From: Podarcis melisellensis
Lineage: Eukaryota
Assembly: GCA_964234715.1 (NCBI GenBank)
Contig: OZ174278.1
DNA length: 64,000 nucleotides
Reading direction: 5' to 3' (one strand)
Numbering within the stretch: position 1 is the first letter of the stretch; each line of letters starts with the position of its first letter. The translations under genes were made by a program, and so were the position numbers. Below, in pieces: positions 34,577 through 48,265 of the stretch. The notes below the pieces were generated by a model. That model was not told the origin of the DNA, made no database searches, and saw only the letters and a list, made by a program, of their open reading frames with translations.

Positions 34577-35059
34577 TTGTGGACTGCACGTGTCTAGGCA
34601 AGAATTTGTCTCCCAGATGTCTAGTATTCTATACTTTTGTTTTGAAATACAGAGAAGCATTAAGTCATGTTTAATATGGAGAGGCATTGAATCAGAAATG
34701 ATGAAATTGTTTATGTACAGTAGGTCTAAATAATTTAGGACAAAGGGACTGGAAAGCTAAAGCAGAGGTAATCATAATTAAATCATGGAAAGTTTGATTT
34801 TGGATATTATCATTCCTGGATTTGCTCAAAGAATGGATTGGGTTTTTTTATTTTTTAAGAGCAGTTAAAATGTCATGCTCTGGCTTCTTTTTAGACTTTT
34901 GGTTTCAAATAGGGGGGTGGGGATATTCATTGCAGTTTGCTCTTTGAATATTTAAAAGCAACAACCTTGGCTCTCTCTCTCTCTCTCTATATATATGGAA
35001 GAAACAAGTAAGAATACTGTACCATTGGCATTAAGTGACATTCTCTCCCAGAGATTGGA

Positions 35060-35567
35060 TTGGAAACTGCAACTAATCCAGAATGTGTCAGCTAGACTGG
35101 TGACTGGGAGTGGCCGCCGGGACCATGTAACACCAGTCCTAAAGAATCTACACTTCTGAGCACAATTCAAAGTGTCGGTGCTGACCTTTAAAGCCCTAAA
35201 CGTCTGTGTACCTGTAGGACATCTGTATACCTGAAGGAGCATCTCCACCCCCATTGTTATGCCCGGACACTGAGGTCCAGCTCTGAGGGCCTTCTGGCAG
35301 TTCACTTACTGCAAAAAGTGAAGTTACAAGGAACCAGGCAGAGGGCCTTCTCAGTAGTGGCACCCACCCTGTGGAATGCCCTCCCAACAGATGTCAAGGA
35401 GATAAGTAACTATACAACCTTCAGAAGACATCTGAAGGCAGCCCTGTATAGGGAAGTTTTTAATGTTTATTGTTTTACTAAGCTTTTGTATATGCTGGAA
35501 ACTAGCCAGAGTGGCTGGACAAACCCAGTCAGATGGGTAGGGTACAAATAATAAAATTATCTATATC

Positions 35568-35608
<41 letters not shown>
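35060..35608 (+). mobile_element. L2 LINE 3' fragment
   Basis: KLQLIQN...ARLV...QFKV.VLTFKAL coding remnant, 3' UTR and (TAT)n tail. Confidence 0.85.
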
Positions 35609-36535
35609 GCTGCTCTGCACCACTTCACACTCCCTGATGGGGAAGTGGGGCGAACAATCAAGGAGTCTGCATTCCTTCTCATTGTGGAAGACAAACTTGT
35701 TGGTTGAAATCCAGTTGGAAAGGGCTTTGGGAAAGGCAAATGGCTTCACCGACATGCAGCACAACAAAGAACACTGAAGTTTGATTACTAGTCAGCTTAC
35801 TGATTACTTTCAATGGTCATTGTTGCATACTTTCAACAGTGGTTATTGGGGACTTTTGCAGGTGTGATTGTGGCTATAAGTGGTGCCCCTGTCCTAGTCA
35901 CTGTGCTGCATTGGATCAAAAAATGTTCCGATCCATAATATTCATATTTTTTAATGTTTGTATTCCACTTTTATTTTGAGGAGAGAAAGTGGTATAAATG
36001 CCATATGATCTCCTACTAAAAGTTGGCCAGGCCTGCTTAGGTTTACAGATGAAATTCCACGACTTAACATAAGGCTCGGTCAATTCTCTGAGGCCAGGAT
36101 AGCCATCCTGATTATTTTATAGAAAGGAATCCTAGCAATACAATAAATAAAAGTAAATGTTCATGGAAACAGGAAAGCGTGTGCACAATAGTGTCACAAA
36201 GACGAATGAAATAAGCGTGATTTGCTGATTGATAATTGTTGGAGATGTGATTCACAATAGATGGTGCTATGTGTGGGAGTAGGGGGGGAAAACCTTTTCA
36301 AACAGTGCACATGTAACAAAGAGTCAGTTATCCCATAACATAAAGCTAGAATTATAAAATAAAGTCATTAGGTATCCTCTAATTGCAGTTCTGAGCAAAA
36401 GGGTAAACAGCTGCTCTCTATTTATCTACATCCATGATTCTATATAAAGATGCCATATTCTTCCCTTAGCCATCTGTTTTCTAATTTCCGCACACTAGAT
36501 GTTTTGTGGATTTTCTCTTTTGTTTCCAAAATATA

Positions 36536-36573
<38 letters not shown>

Positions 36574-37560
36574 CTGACCTGTATTGCCAACTTAGGGTGT
36601 TGCTGCACTGTTCATTAACTCTGAAATCCTATACTCCACTTGCCTGGGAGTAAGCCCCACTAAACTCAACAATATTTACTTCTGAATAGACATATATAGG
36701 ATCTCACTTCAAAGATATGATGGCAACTTTTGACAGTATTTTAAATTATTTCCCCAGCACTGCTTCTTTTTTAATTGCTTTAAGTACACCAAACATAGCT
36801 TTCATGGGAAAAGGCAGCATGATTTTTATATGCTATTACTGGCTGCTAGCAACTAATTCAGACTCTGCCTGTGGGCAAATACAGCTGTGAAACCATCGTG
36901 AAAACTCTGAACAGTGACCTATCTGGGTTATCCCAAGCGTTCTGCAGTGTTCTGAGAAAATAACCCTTTATATGTTTTTTTGCAAATATGTGTGTACAAT
37001 AAAATGTGTGCGTGAGTGGCTGCCCATTGAAAATAGGAAATTTATCTGATGACGATTTGCATATAAATCAGCGGAGCTGAAATATCAAAATGTACTTAAA
37101 TACTGCAGGAGCATGAATGCACCTATATAGTTCAAACCAAATTGTTTCCCCATCCTGGAAGAAATGGGTTGAAATGATAATGTGTGGAATGCGATGCATG
37201 TATTATTAATGGATCAATCTGCCTCTATCCATTTATGGTTGTCCTTTCCCCTGATCTTTATTAAGTTGCAGGCTTTAATAATTCATCGCATTAATTTGGT
37301 TTTGGCGAGATGACATGACTTTTCTTCCACAGCTCTTTTCACACAAGCATTCTTAACTCTCTCACATCACAGAGCCAATCCTGGGTCAACAGGACATACA
37401 TGGGAGATCACTGAATCCAATTTTGTGGTGTGCAAACAGTGAATATGAAATGGTTATCAACTGTTGAATAGAAAGCTGTGCTATCCTTTTTTTAAAAAAA
37501 ATATCAGTAATGGATACTTGATTAAATGTGGGTGTTGGCCCTCCAGATGTGGCCATGCTA

Positions 37561-37910
37561 GGTGCGGGTGGTGCTGTGGGTTAAACCATAGAGCCTAGGA
37601 CTTGCCAATCAGAAGGTCGGTGGTTTGAATCCCCATGACGCGGTGAGCTCCCGTTGCTCGGTCCCTGCTCCTGCCAACCTAGCAGTTTGAAAGCACGTCA
37701 AAGTGCAAGTAGACAAAGAGGTACCGCTCCAGCGGGAAGGTAAACAGTGTTTCCGTGCGCTGCTCTGGTTCACCAGAAGCAGCTTAGTCATGCTGGCCAC
37801 ATGACCCGGAAGCTGTACACCGGCTCCCTCGGCCAATAAAGCGAGATGAGCGCCGCAACCCCAGAGTCAGCCACGACTGGACCTAATGGTCAGGGGTCCC
37901 TTTACCTTTT
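37561..37910 (+). mobile_element. Sauria SINE inserted in a hAT MITE remnant
   Basis: Full body; flanked by inverted arms tgttggccctccagatgt (37533-37550) and acatctggagggccaaaca (37912-37930). Confidence 0.9.
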
Positions 37911-39054
37911 AACATCTGGAGGGCCAAACATCCACCGTATCTACAATCCTTCCAACCGTAAAAAAAAGGAGATTAAAAGGATCATGACACAAACAGATAT
38001 AAATATGGCCATATAAGACATTATGACAATATGCATAGTAGGAGTACATGGGTGGTCTAAATTGGCCTACAAAAATAAGAAATTTTATTGGCTCTCTCAG
38101 GGTTTTTCTGCCATCCCAAAGATGGAGTCAAGGCAAAAGAATCCTTCATAAGTTCGGCTCAATCAAATTTATGGGCAATTTTGTATGCGTCGTGTTTAGC
38201 TAATTCAGACTCTACATGGTGTAAGGCTTCCTGATTTGTGTGAGCTTTCTTGCAAAAATTCCATGCTGATCCGATGAATAAAATGCCCAGAAGACCAATA
38301 AAATATCTTCGCAGGAAACAAATCAAGGAAAGAGGTTTGTCATAGGGTTCAAACTTGCAAATATTATTCATGGACTTCAAAAGCTTTATTCACGTTTCCA
38401 TGTATTTTTCAGGGAACTATTAACAGCCAGCAAAATAGGGCCAAATCATTATAATCAGTTAAACATTCAATTTCATATTTCCCTTTATCATCAAAAACCT
38501 TTTCAGGTGGATTTGACACAAACAACATGTTGTTTCAAAGGTACATTTTGACCCACTTCTCAGTGAAATTATTCTGAAGCCTCTATGCCTCGGTTCAGTG
38601 TGCTTTCTGTCCTTAGCTCCTTCTGCCCACATTAATATAAATGATTCATAGACCTTGTGGGGGAAACAGCTCAGAGCAGTTCTGATCCCAAAAGGACCTT
38701 TCTAAATCTATAATTGGTCACTTGGTTCAAAATGTGCTAATTCTGCAGAGGAACAAATGAGATCATCATCTAGTTTTAGGTCTGGGTGGGACATTTTCTC
38801 TACGGCAATACAGTACAGTGCTGCTCCATTGTAACCCTGACAATGTGTAGGTGGAAATAAATGAATAAATAAATTCTGGAACTTTGGAAAACCCAAGAAA
38901 AGAGTCTAGTATGGGCCTAGAGCTGTACTGGATGAATCTTGGATCGACAACCCAATGATCTGGAGTGGGGGACCTGGCAAAGCTATAAATACATCTAAAT
39001 TGTACTACAAGAGACAACATGGTGTTATGAGGGCAGGAGCATTCTTTTCCCCTC

Positions 39055-39811
39055 CTGGGTAACTGTGCCCCTGAATGATGGGGTGTGCAGCCTAGGAGTC
39101 ATTTTGGACTCACAGCTGTCCATGGAGGCACAGGCCAATTGAGTGTCCAGGGCAGCTGTCTACCAGCTCCATTTGGTACGCTGGCTGAGACCCTACCTGC
39201 CTGCAGACTGTCTCAAAAGAGTAGTGCATGCTCTGGTTATCTCCCACTTGGATTCCTGCAAGGCACTCTACATGGGGCTACGTTTGAAGGTGATTCAGAA
39301 ACTACAACTAATCCAGAACGCAGCAGCTAGACTGGTGATTGGGAACGGCCGCCAGGACCATGCAATACCAGTCTTAAAGGATCCACACTGGCTCCCTGTA
39401 TGTTTCCGAGCACAATTCAAAGTGTTGGTGCTGATCTTTAAAGCCCTAAATAGCCTTGGCCCTGTATACCTGAAGGAGTGTCTCTACCCCCATTGTTCAA
39501 CCCAGACACTGAGATCCAGTTCCGAGTGCCTTCTGGCAGCTCCCTCACTGCAAGAAATGACGTTACAAAGAACCAGGCAGGGGACTTTCTCAGCAGTGAT
39601 TCCCTTCCTGTGAAATGCCCTCCCATCAGATGTCAAGGAGATAAAGAACTACACAACTTTTGTAGACATCTGAAGGCATCCCTGTATAGGGAAGTTTTTA
39701 ATGTTTGACATTTTATTAAGTCTTTATATGTCTTGGAAGCCAACCAGAGTGTCTGGGGCAACCCAGCCAGATGGACGGGGTATAAATAATAAAATTGTTA
39801 TTATTGTTATT
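39055..39811 (+). mobile_element. L2 LINE 3' fragment with ORF2 C-terminal remnant
   Basis: ORF 39143-39613: VHALVISHLDSCKALYMGL...KLQLIQNAAARLV...HWLPVCFRAQFKVLVLIFKAL. Confidence 0.9.
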
Positions 39812-40457
39812 TTCTGTTTTGGCTCCAAAGCCCAATAACGACACTTTTTCGTCACACAAAACATACCAGGATCAAATGTTTGCACCAGCATTCTAATCCA
39901 CCATCTTTTTATGTTACTATCGTTCTGCCATCATCAACTGGGTTGGGTTTTGAGGTCTGGGAATCCTTATGCTTAGTCCTGTCACTTTTAACCAGTCATT
40001 GTACTCGAAGGATGGGAAATAAGAAATGTGCTTAGCTTCACCGTGGTTTAACACACAGTTGAACTTTAGGAAAGTGCAGCTGATGTGTCAGTCTAAAAAC
40101 CACCCTGAATTAATGTTAGACTTTATATCTGCAAATGAAAGTTGATAAGGAAGTTATTTTCTAAGACACCTGTTCTTTTAACTTTTACTTTTCACTTAAG
40201 AGTAAAACTATACACTACAAAGAAAAGCTTAATGCACAGGAGAATCAGCAAATGCATGGTGTGGGTGGGTGGGTGGGTGGGTGTGAGATCAAGCTTTCCT
40301 CTGTCCAACATAATATAAATATATGAAAATTGCAATTATCACATTTCATAAACCTGTACCTGAAGATATGCCAGAAAAAAGAGAGGAGAGATCATTTGAA
40401 AATGCCCAGGTATCAACACTATGTGGTTTTTTACCCAAATATATGCACATTTGTATA

Positions 40458-40686
40458 AAGGTAATGCTTCCCTGAGCATTAGGTCCAGTCGTGACTGACC
40501 CTGTGGTTGCGGCGCTCATCTCGCTTTATTGGCCGAGGGAGCCGGCGTACATGTGGGTCATGTGGCCAGCATGACTAAGCCGCTTCTGGCGAACCAGAGC
40601 AGTGCACGGAAACATTGTTTACCACTGACCTTCTGATCGGCAAGTCCTAGGCTCTGTGGTTTAACCCACAGCGCCACCCGCGTCCC
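40458..40686 (-). mobile_element. Sauria SINE with internal deletion
   Basis: Head and tail present; the segment between gtttacc and gaccttctg is missing; cacatttgtata repeated in the flanks. Confidence 0.85.
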
Positions 40687-40803
40687 TTTGTATACACATT
40701 TGTATACATGTATACAAAATGATTGGCAAGTTGTACTGCCATGAACAAACAGAGGAGGCAAACATTTTCTATTTTTTATTTTTGCAGGATCTTGGGTCTA
40801 GAT

Positions 40804-40893
40804 CATAGCTATCAACTTTTCCCTTTTCTTGCGAGGAATCCTATTCGGAATAAGGGAATTTCCCTTTAAATAAGGGAAACATTGATAGCTATG
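40804..40893. mobile_element. 90-bp hAT MITE
   Basis: TIRs CATAGCTATCAA...TTGATAGCTATG; 8-bp TSD gtctagat/gtcttgat. Confidence 0.88.
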
Positions 40894-41353
40894 GTCTTGA
40901 TATGCCTGAGTCCCTCTTAAAGTGCACTTGCAGAGTATTGCTGGAGGATTCCCTTTTGGAATTTATCCAGTAGCTCAGCTTTGAGTCAGAGAGGAAGTCA
41001 CAAAGAACTATTCACAGCCGTTCGATGTTAACTGTTGGTGGGATTCAAAAGTACAGCTGCGGTTTCTCTAGAATGTTGACAACTGGTATAGGAATGTTGA
41101 TTTATTTTCTATGGCTTCAATTTTGTGTGTATGTGTGTGTGTGTTTAGGGTTCAATTTCCTTTGACTTAATTTTGTGTGTATGTGTGTGTTTGTTTAGGG
41201 TTCAAGCCCCATAGATATTTTAATATTAGCATGGAACAGTATGTTTGCTTTGCAAACTTTTAACGTGTGATATTTTACTGTATTTTGGTTTTTATGGAAG
41301 CCGCCCAGAGTGGCTGGGGAGGCCCAGCCAGATGGGTGGGGTATAAATAATAA

Positions 41354-41398
<45 letters not shown>

Positions 41399-41513
41399 TG
41401 CACCCTTTAGTCAAAAAGGGTATGCTTAGCATGTTTCAGTAGGATCCAGTCCAATTTCCCATCATAAAGTGATGTCAGAATCCTGGCTGGAAACCCAGCC
41501 AGATGGGCAGGGA

Positions 41514-41585
<72 letters not shown>

Positions 41586-41693
41586 TGTTGATTTTCAAAA
41601 TGGAGTATTTATTCCTCCTCCATGCACCAGGGCTGGTCCACCCATAAGGAAAGGTGAGACAGAATCCAGCAAATCCAAAGGTTGATCTTTCTG

Positions 41694-41880
41694 GCAGCAA
41701 GAATGTTCCTTGCCAAAAAATGGAAAGAAGCAGAAGTCCCAGTAAAGGAAGAATAGATACAAAAAACATACATAATATGCAGAAATTACAAAACTTACTG
41801 AAAGAATAAGAAATCAAGCTAACAAACTTTTTACAAAAGAATGGAAATGGTCTATTGAATTTATAAACAGATAAAAAACA
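41694..41880 (+). mobile_element. L1-type LINE ORF2 C-terminal remnant
   Basis: Translates AARMFLAKKWKEAEVPVKEE*IQ...KEWKW; A-rich sense strand. Confidence 0.6.
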
Positions 41881-42094
41881 TTTAAGGAACTGCAGAAAGA
41901 GGGGTTTGGAAGTCACGTTTTGAAATGTCAAAATGATTGCAAAGATAGTGAAATGTAAAACTAGTGAAATGTATAAACTTGCAAAATACAAATAAATAAA
42001 TAATCTGGGATTTATTTTTAATTTTCCCTTCTGAAAATGTCAGGTAATGCTAAATTAACAACAGCAACAACAACAACAACAACAACTTAGATTA

Positions 42095-42378
42095 GTTTAG
42101 ATTGTTGCAAAACATTATACATGGGGCTGCCTCTAGAGACGGTTTGGAAACTTCAGCTGGTGCAGGATTCAGCAGCCAAGTTGCTCACTGGGGCAAGAAG
42201 GTCTGAGCAAAGAATGTCAATCCTGGCCCAACCGCACTGGCTATCAATTAGTTTCTGGGCTCAGTTCAAAGCGTTGGCTTTGACCTATAAAGCCTCAGGA
42301 CCTCAAGACCTCAAGAACTGCTTCTCCCCATATGAACTGACCAATACCCTGTGATCATCATCTGAGACCCTTCTTCAC
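42095..42378 (+). mobile_element. L2 fragment
   Basis: ORF 42121-42354 MGLPLETVWKLQLVQDSAAKLL...HWL...AQFKALALTYKA. Confidence 0.8.
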
Positions 42379-42790
42379 TAGACGGGGTTGATGGAAGTCC
42401 TAGGCTTATAGCCAAAATGTGGTATAAGATGAGAGATGTTGTGTTATGTTTTATTTGGAAAATATATGTAAAACCAATAAAAATATATTTAAAAACAAAA
42501 CAAAAAACATAACAAAATTCATCTTCTATCAGACCTTTGACAAATAAAACAATCTATGTCCTTTTAAACTCTCTCTGTGTGTGTGAGAGAGAGAAGGGTG
42601 CGGGACATTGTTATTTTTTGCTAATCTGTTACTTTTTCCCCTTCTTTTTTATTGAAAACCACCCTGTGATCCTTGGACGAAGGAAAGATATAAAGGTTTC
42701 AATAAATAAGTAAATAGGTTAATTTTGCACAGTCAGGTTTTCTGTTGTGGTGAGATTGTGAACTGTATTCCCATTTATTGGAAACTGTAT

Positions 42791-43104
42791 AGGCCCAGTA
42801 CACCTGAAGGAGCGTCTCCACCCACATCGTTCTGCCCAGACACTGAGGGCCTTCTGGCGGTTCCCTCATCGTGAGAAGTGAGGTTACAGGGAACCAGGCA
42901 CAGGGCCTTCTTGGTAGTGGCTCCCGCCCTGTGGAACGCCCTCCCATCAGATGTCAAGGAAATAAACAACTATCTGACTTTTAGAGAAGACATCTGAAGG
43001 CAGCCCTGTTAAGGGAAATTTTTAATATCTGATGTTTTATCATGTTTTTAATATTCTATTGGGAGCCGCCTAGAGTGGCTGGGGAAGCCCAACCAGATGG
43101 CCGG

Positions 43105-43151
<47 letters not shown>
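42791..43151 (+). mobile_element. L2 3' end
   Basis: Homologous to 35060 and 39055; (AAT)n tail. Confidence 0.88.
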
Positions 43152-43152
<1 letters not shown>

Positions 43153-43420
43153 TTGTTATTTATACCCCAGCCACTCTGAGCTTCCCCAGCTACTCTGGGT
43201 GGCTCCCAATCAAGCGCTAAAAACAGTACAGCGTTAAATAATAAAAACTTCCCTGAACAGAGCTGCCTTCAGATGTCTTTTAAAGATAGGATAGCTGCTT
43301 ATTTCCTTCACATCTGAAGGGAGGGCATTCCACAGGGCGGGTGCCACTACCCAGGAGGCCCTCTGTCTGGTTCCCTGTAACCTCACTTCTCGCAATGAGG
43401 GAACTCGCAATGAGGGAACT
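43153..43420 (-). mobile_element. L2 3' end, tail-to-tail with the previous copy
   Basis: Reverse complement of the same 3' region. Confidence 0.85.
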
Positions 43421-44608
43421 ACTATAATAATAGTAATTACATCATAGTAAATGTGAATTTATTCATATAAATTAGCATAAGCAATGTTCTATGCAGATCT
43501 GTGACCATTTTGTGTCCTTTTTGTGGCGATGCATATCCTCATTTTATAAAATGTGTAACTAGCCATCTTACTTGTTTCTTATTCCTTGTAAGAAAGAAAG
43601 GTGGGGTGAGGAAGATCACATGTGGGTTAGAGGGCATGTTATTGACCCCAATTGAGGATCATAGTTTTCTTAGGCAATGACATTTTCTGGAAATCACCAA
43701 ATGACATTTGCTTCAGCCGTCCTGTAGAACAAGTTTTCTAATACAACAGGACAATTTGAGGAAATATGATCTCCATTATCTCTGAGGTTGGATAGTTGTC
43801 AAGGGCAGCCTCCATTAATAATTTCATCTATTGAAACTGACAGTGCGTTGTTTGCACTGAAGGCCATAAAAAAGAGCAAAGATTTGCTGTCATATGGATG
43901 TCATATGTTACTTGACATTGTTAATAAGAAAAAGGTGAAATGTGAGGCAGACATTTTGTAAAAATTTACTAGTAATGTCCATCTTCTTCCACAAGCCTTC
44001 TTATTAAAAAGAGCCAAGTAGCTATGAAAAATAATGTACTATCTGCCTGGTGAAAAATGGATTGAATCGAAATAATGGAGTGAATGGTAAAGAGAATTTA
44101 GCAGTTACAAAACAGGTGTCAATTTTCCTAGAAAAGTGTCTGGAATGGCTATAGGGTTGGTTTGCATTTTGGGGATCTCTACACAGCCAAGAAGTTTATT
44201 GTTTGGACTTGACACAAGGTGTCCCAGTTCAGATATAACGTCGAGGCTAGAAACCATGGCCTCTCAAGCCAAAAGTACCATGGACCTGTATGCTCCCTTC
44301 CAGTGGTGTTGACTTGGGCCCCAGATTGTGGGTGCCCAGAGCTGCCTCCAGAGTTGGCACCTGTGCTCCCTTCTCAACCATCTCTTCCCTTGCATGCTCA
44401 GCTTTCAGAATTGTATTGTAGTTTCTTTAAACCAAATTTCATCCAAACCAGGAAACTGAGGTTGAATCTCATATTCCCCATATTCCTTTACCGGAATACC
44501 CTATTTCTGGAGGGGCAGGTGATGGCCACACCTCCCCTCCCACACAGTTCTATTAACCAATGCCTAACTGCCAAACCTTACAAAGTTGTGCCGATTGCTA
44601 AGGGGGTA

Positions 44609-45232
44609 TGAAGGAATGGGTTTCTGTGCAGTCAGTTTAAAACTGAACTTAACCCCCCCCCCCATTCTTCTTTCTCCAAGAAAGCACTCTAAAATGCATA
44701 AAACTTGAGCTGTTGAGCAAATGCATAACAAGGACACAGCTGTATAAACAAACTCTCTCCTTTATCAGTCATGGCAAGGGATGACCCTGGCTGTTCTAGG
44801 GGAACAGAGAAGAAATGTCAGTGCCTTATCTTATGTTCTGACCACAAAAGACGCACAGACCGAAGTCCTGGAACAATGCCAGAAGTGTGTTCCCGGAGAT
44901 GATGACCTCTTCCTCCAAGATAAGAGTAGGAAGAGGAAGATCCTTTTATGGTTAAGAATACCAGAGCAAGAACATATGTGATGTCAACCTGCGTACATAG
45001 GCTGATGTGGTTGGACTCCTCGGGAAGGAGGGAGAGGGTGCCTGGAGGATATATATACTGCATGAAACTTGTCATTTATTTGGACTTGCTGTGGACTTGA
45101 TCACGCAAGTGCCTTCTGCTATCCAGAGAGCAGAATAAACTCTTTCTTTGAACCAACCTCGGTGTCATTTGACTTCCTTCCTCCTGTCCCGGATCAACGC
45201 AGACCCAATCGGTGAACTCCAATAAGGCTACA
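44609..45232 (+). mobile_element. Solo LTR, ERV1-like (624 bp)
   Basis: TG...CA termini with 4-bp TSD ggta, TATATATA at 45050, AATAAA at 45134. Left boundary chosen from the TSD match. Confidence 0.7.
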
Positions 45233-45500
45233 GGTAGGCAAAAACCAAGTGGCTAAAGCCAATCTGCCAAATGGAAAAAATACTACCCAGCCCCTGCTCC
45301 AAAGCAGGCGACCCAATCCAAAGCAAGGCCAAAGCAGCAGCACCAAAAATAGGGAGGGAGGGTGTTCGGCTTAAGGGTCCCGAGCGCGACCAGGACCCTC
45401 AATTTAGGAGGATCCCATTTCCTGGACAAAAGGTAAAAACAAAGCAATCCTTCTCCCTGATGTGCTAAATTTATAGGTACAATTATTATTATTAATAATA

Positions 45501-45739
45501 AGAGCCAGTGTGGTGTAGTGGTTAAGAGCGGTAGACTCATAATCTGGGGAACCAGGTTCACGTCTCTGCTCCTTCACATGCAGCTGCTGGGTGACCTTGG
45601 GCTAGTCACACTTCTCTGAATTCTCTCAGCCTCACTCATCTCACAGAGTGTTTCTTGTGGGGAAGGAAGGGAAAGGAGAATGTTAGCCACTACTCCTTTG
45701 GGTAGTGATAAAGTGGGATATCAAATCCAAACTCCTCTT
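45501..45739 (+). mobile_element. Squam3-type tRNA/CORE SINE
   Basis: agagccagtgtggtgtagtggttaagagc head, CORE motif gctgggtgaccttgggctagtcac, tail ...caaatccaaactcctctt. Confidence 0.85.
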
Positions 45740-46300
45740 ATTATTATTAGACAAGCATTTAAATGCACTATAGCCCACTTTTAGTCTGATGCTTCAATAT
45801 CACTGTAAGTGATTTTTCTCAATGCGTAGATCAACCCTGACAGCACTGGTTACTGTAAAGCATCACAGCTTAGAGACCCTATCTGCCTTGAGAAAGCAAG
45901 GTTTGTGTTTGCTTGTTTTTAAAATGTTTTGTGGGGAATGGATGATTTATTGCTGTTGATTTTTATTATTTGTTCCGTTCCTGCTTTGATGTATCTGCTT
46001 CTTAGTGAAGGACAAGAACGTTTTGTTTCTTTCTGAATGAAAACTAAGGTGTTTTGCTTGATTTCCAGTGGTTGCTAGAGAAGTAGTCCCAAAGAGTTGT
46101 AATTTTGTGAGATGCAAGTCCCAGGTTTCTTCTTCATAATCTAGCTATCTAGCTTGGTTGAGTTCCTTCTGGATTCACACAATTGATATTTATTGGTGCA
46201 TGTGCAGTACGACTTAATCCATCTATATTTCTGACTTTCCATTGTGAGCAAGGAGGCATATCCATCTTTCTATGGCTCACTTTCCACACAAATATCATTA

Positions 46301-46541
46301 CAGTCGTACCTTGGTTGACGAACGCCTTGCAACTCGAACATTTCGGCTCCCAAACGCTGCAAACCTGGAAGTGAGTGTTCCAGTCTGCGAACGTTCTTTG
46401 GAACCCGAATGTCAGACATGGCTTCTGTGGCTTCTGATTGGCTGCAGGAGCTTCCTGCAGCCAATCGGAAGCTGCGCCTTGGTTTCTGAACACCAAATGG
46501 ACTTCCAGAATGGATTCCGCTCGATTTCTGAGGTACCACTT
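46301..46541. mobile_element. Tigger/pogo-like MITE, family A
   Basis: TA-CAGTCGTACCTTGG terminus; same internal palindrome as 1321-1607. Confidence 0.8.
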
Positions 46542-47767
46542 CATTATAATGTCTAACTATAATGGAGTATAAAACTTCCATCTTTAAACATCCTACAACA
46601 TGGATAGAGTACATACATGCTTAAAATCCCATTTTCCCCACCAGTTAACTAGATGCTCTTGGACAAGTCACTATCTCTCACAGTTCCAGTTCTCCAGTTC
46701 TAGAATCTGTAAAAAAGCGATGGCCTACCTCCCAAAACAGCTGTGAGGGTGAATGAAGTAAAGATTTTAAGTGCTGCATAAATGATTGATTGCCATAATT
46801 GCTTGCATGCATGTGCTCTTCCAGTGTACTCTTGAGATATCCACCAATGGAGCAATTCTAGCAGCTCTATTCCCCACCTTAAATTGGAATATTCACCCAA
46901 GGGCTTTTTGGAGGATTATGTGGGTCAACTGAGAATTGAGCGTAATGCTGTTTATTTAGATGGAATGAATTGACTTCCCATTCTAAAAGAATGAATAAAC
47001 AGTGTCCTTTGTTCGTGGGATGTAAGCCTTAGGGACACAAATGTGTTCTGCTTAAGTAATTTGTTTCCAAAGCATATTTATCTATTACTACACAGAGCAA
47101 GCAACTCTATTCAAGATGGTTGGGGGGGGGGAATCTTCTGTAAATAGACCTCCGCAAGTATATTATTTCAAGTTACCATTGTTTGAAGAGGATCAAGATT
47201 CTACTAAAATTCATCTCAAATAGCTTATTAAAGATAATGTTGTTTGGCCTACTGACTTTTTCCGTTATGCTAATGGTTTGGGAACAGAGGGAGAGGAGGG
47301 GGAATCCTTTCATTCATTTGCTTTTAAAAGTATATTGCACCCCCATTCCACAAGTCTAATCTCCTTCACTGACTATAACCCTTCCTTACTTCTTGAAAAG
47401 CATGGTATTTGGAAAGAGTTTCAACAGATAACATAATAAGGTTAATAGAGACTGGCCACCTGCTTTGATATTCAGTCTCAAGAATTTCATTGATTCAAAA
47501 AATATCATTTTCACATTCATCAATCATTGATAAGTAAGTAATGAACTAAAAACTTTGGCAGGATTTGAGTAATGCTTGTAATGTACTAAAAACTAAGGTA
47601 AAAATGGATTAAAAAAAAATAGAGAAAATATGTGAAGGAGTTGAAAAAGATTGGCAGCCATGGAAGGGTGGAGGGGAGCCTAATGGTTTATATGGTAGAG
47701 AACAGTGTTTAAAGTATGGGAGAAAATTTAGGGGAATATTAATGAAAAGTGCAGGTTCAACCCTTCT

Positions 47768-48099
47768 AAAGGGACCCCTGACCAATAGGTCCAGTCGTGG
47801 CCGACTCTGGGGTTGCGGCGCTCATCTCGCTTTATTGGCCAAGGGAGCTGGCGTACAGCTTCCAGGTCATGTGGCCAGCATGACTAAGCCGCTTCTGGCA
47901 AACCAGAGCAGTGCACAGAAACACCGTTTACCTTCCCACCGAAGCGGTACCTATTTATCTACTTGCACTTTCGAACTGCTAGGTTGGCAGGAGCAGGGAC
48001 GGAGCAACGGGAGCTCACCCCGCCACATGGATTTGAACCGCCGACCTGATCAACAAGTCCTAGGCTCTGTGGTTTAACCCACAGCACCACCCGCGTCCC
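47768..48099 (-). mobile_element. Sauria SINE
   Basis: Typical body; degenerate TSD ttcaacccttcta/ttcaacacatcta. Confidence 0.9.
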
Positions 48100-48194
48100 T
48101 ATTCAACACATCTACTTCCTCCCAATTTATCCAGATCAAGCCCCTATAGCTTTTAAATGAGGCTGTCAAAAATGCAGGCAAATCCCGTGTGCTT

Positions 48195-48198
<4 letters not shown>

Positions 48199-48264
<66 letters not shown>

Positions 48265-48265
48265 T
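48199..48265. repeat. (TC)n(TG)n compound microsatellite
   Basis: Visible directly. Confidence 0.95.

Noticed and set aside
39143-39613. 156-aa ORF as a possible host gene
   Set aside because: L2 ORF2 C-terminal remnant within a 5'-truncated copy.
41119-41206. Tandem duplication of about 50 bp containing TTTAGGGTT
   Set aside because: Local slippage around a GT microsatellite; single TTAGGG units are not an interstitial telomere.
41515-41991. 158-aa hydrophobic minus-strand ORF ending in poly-Tyr
   Set aside because: Antisense of an A-rich L1 remnant plus an (AAT)n microsatellite.
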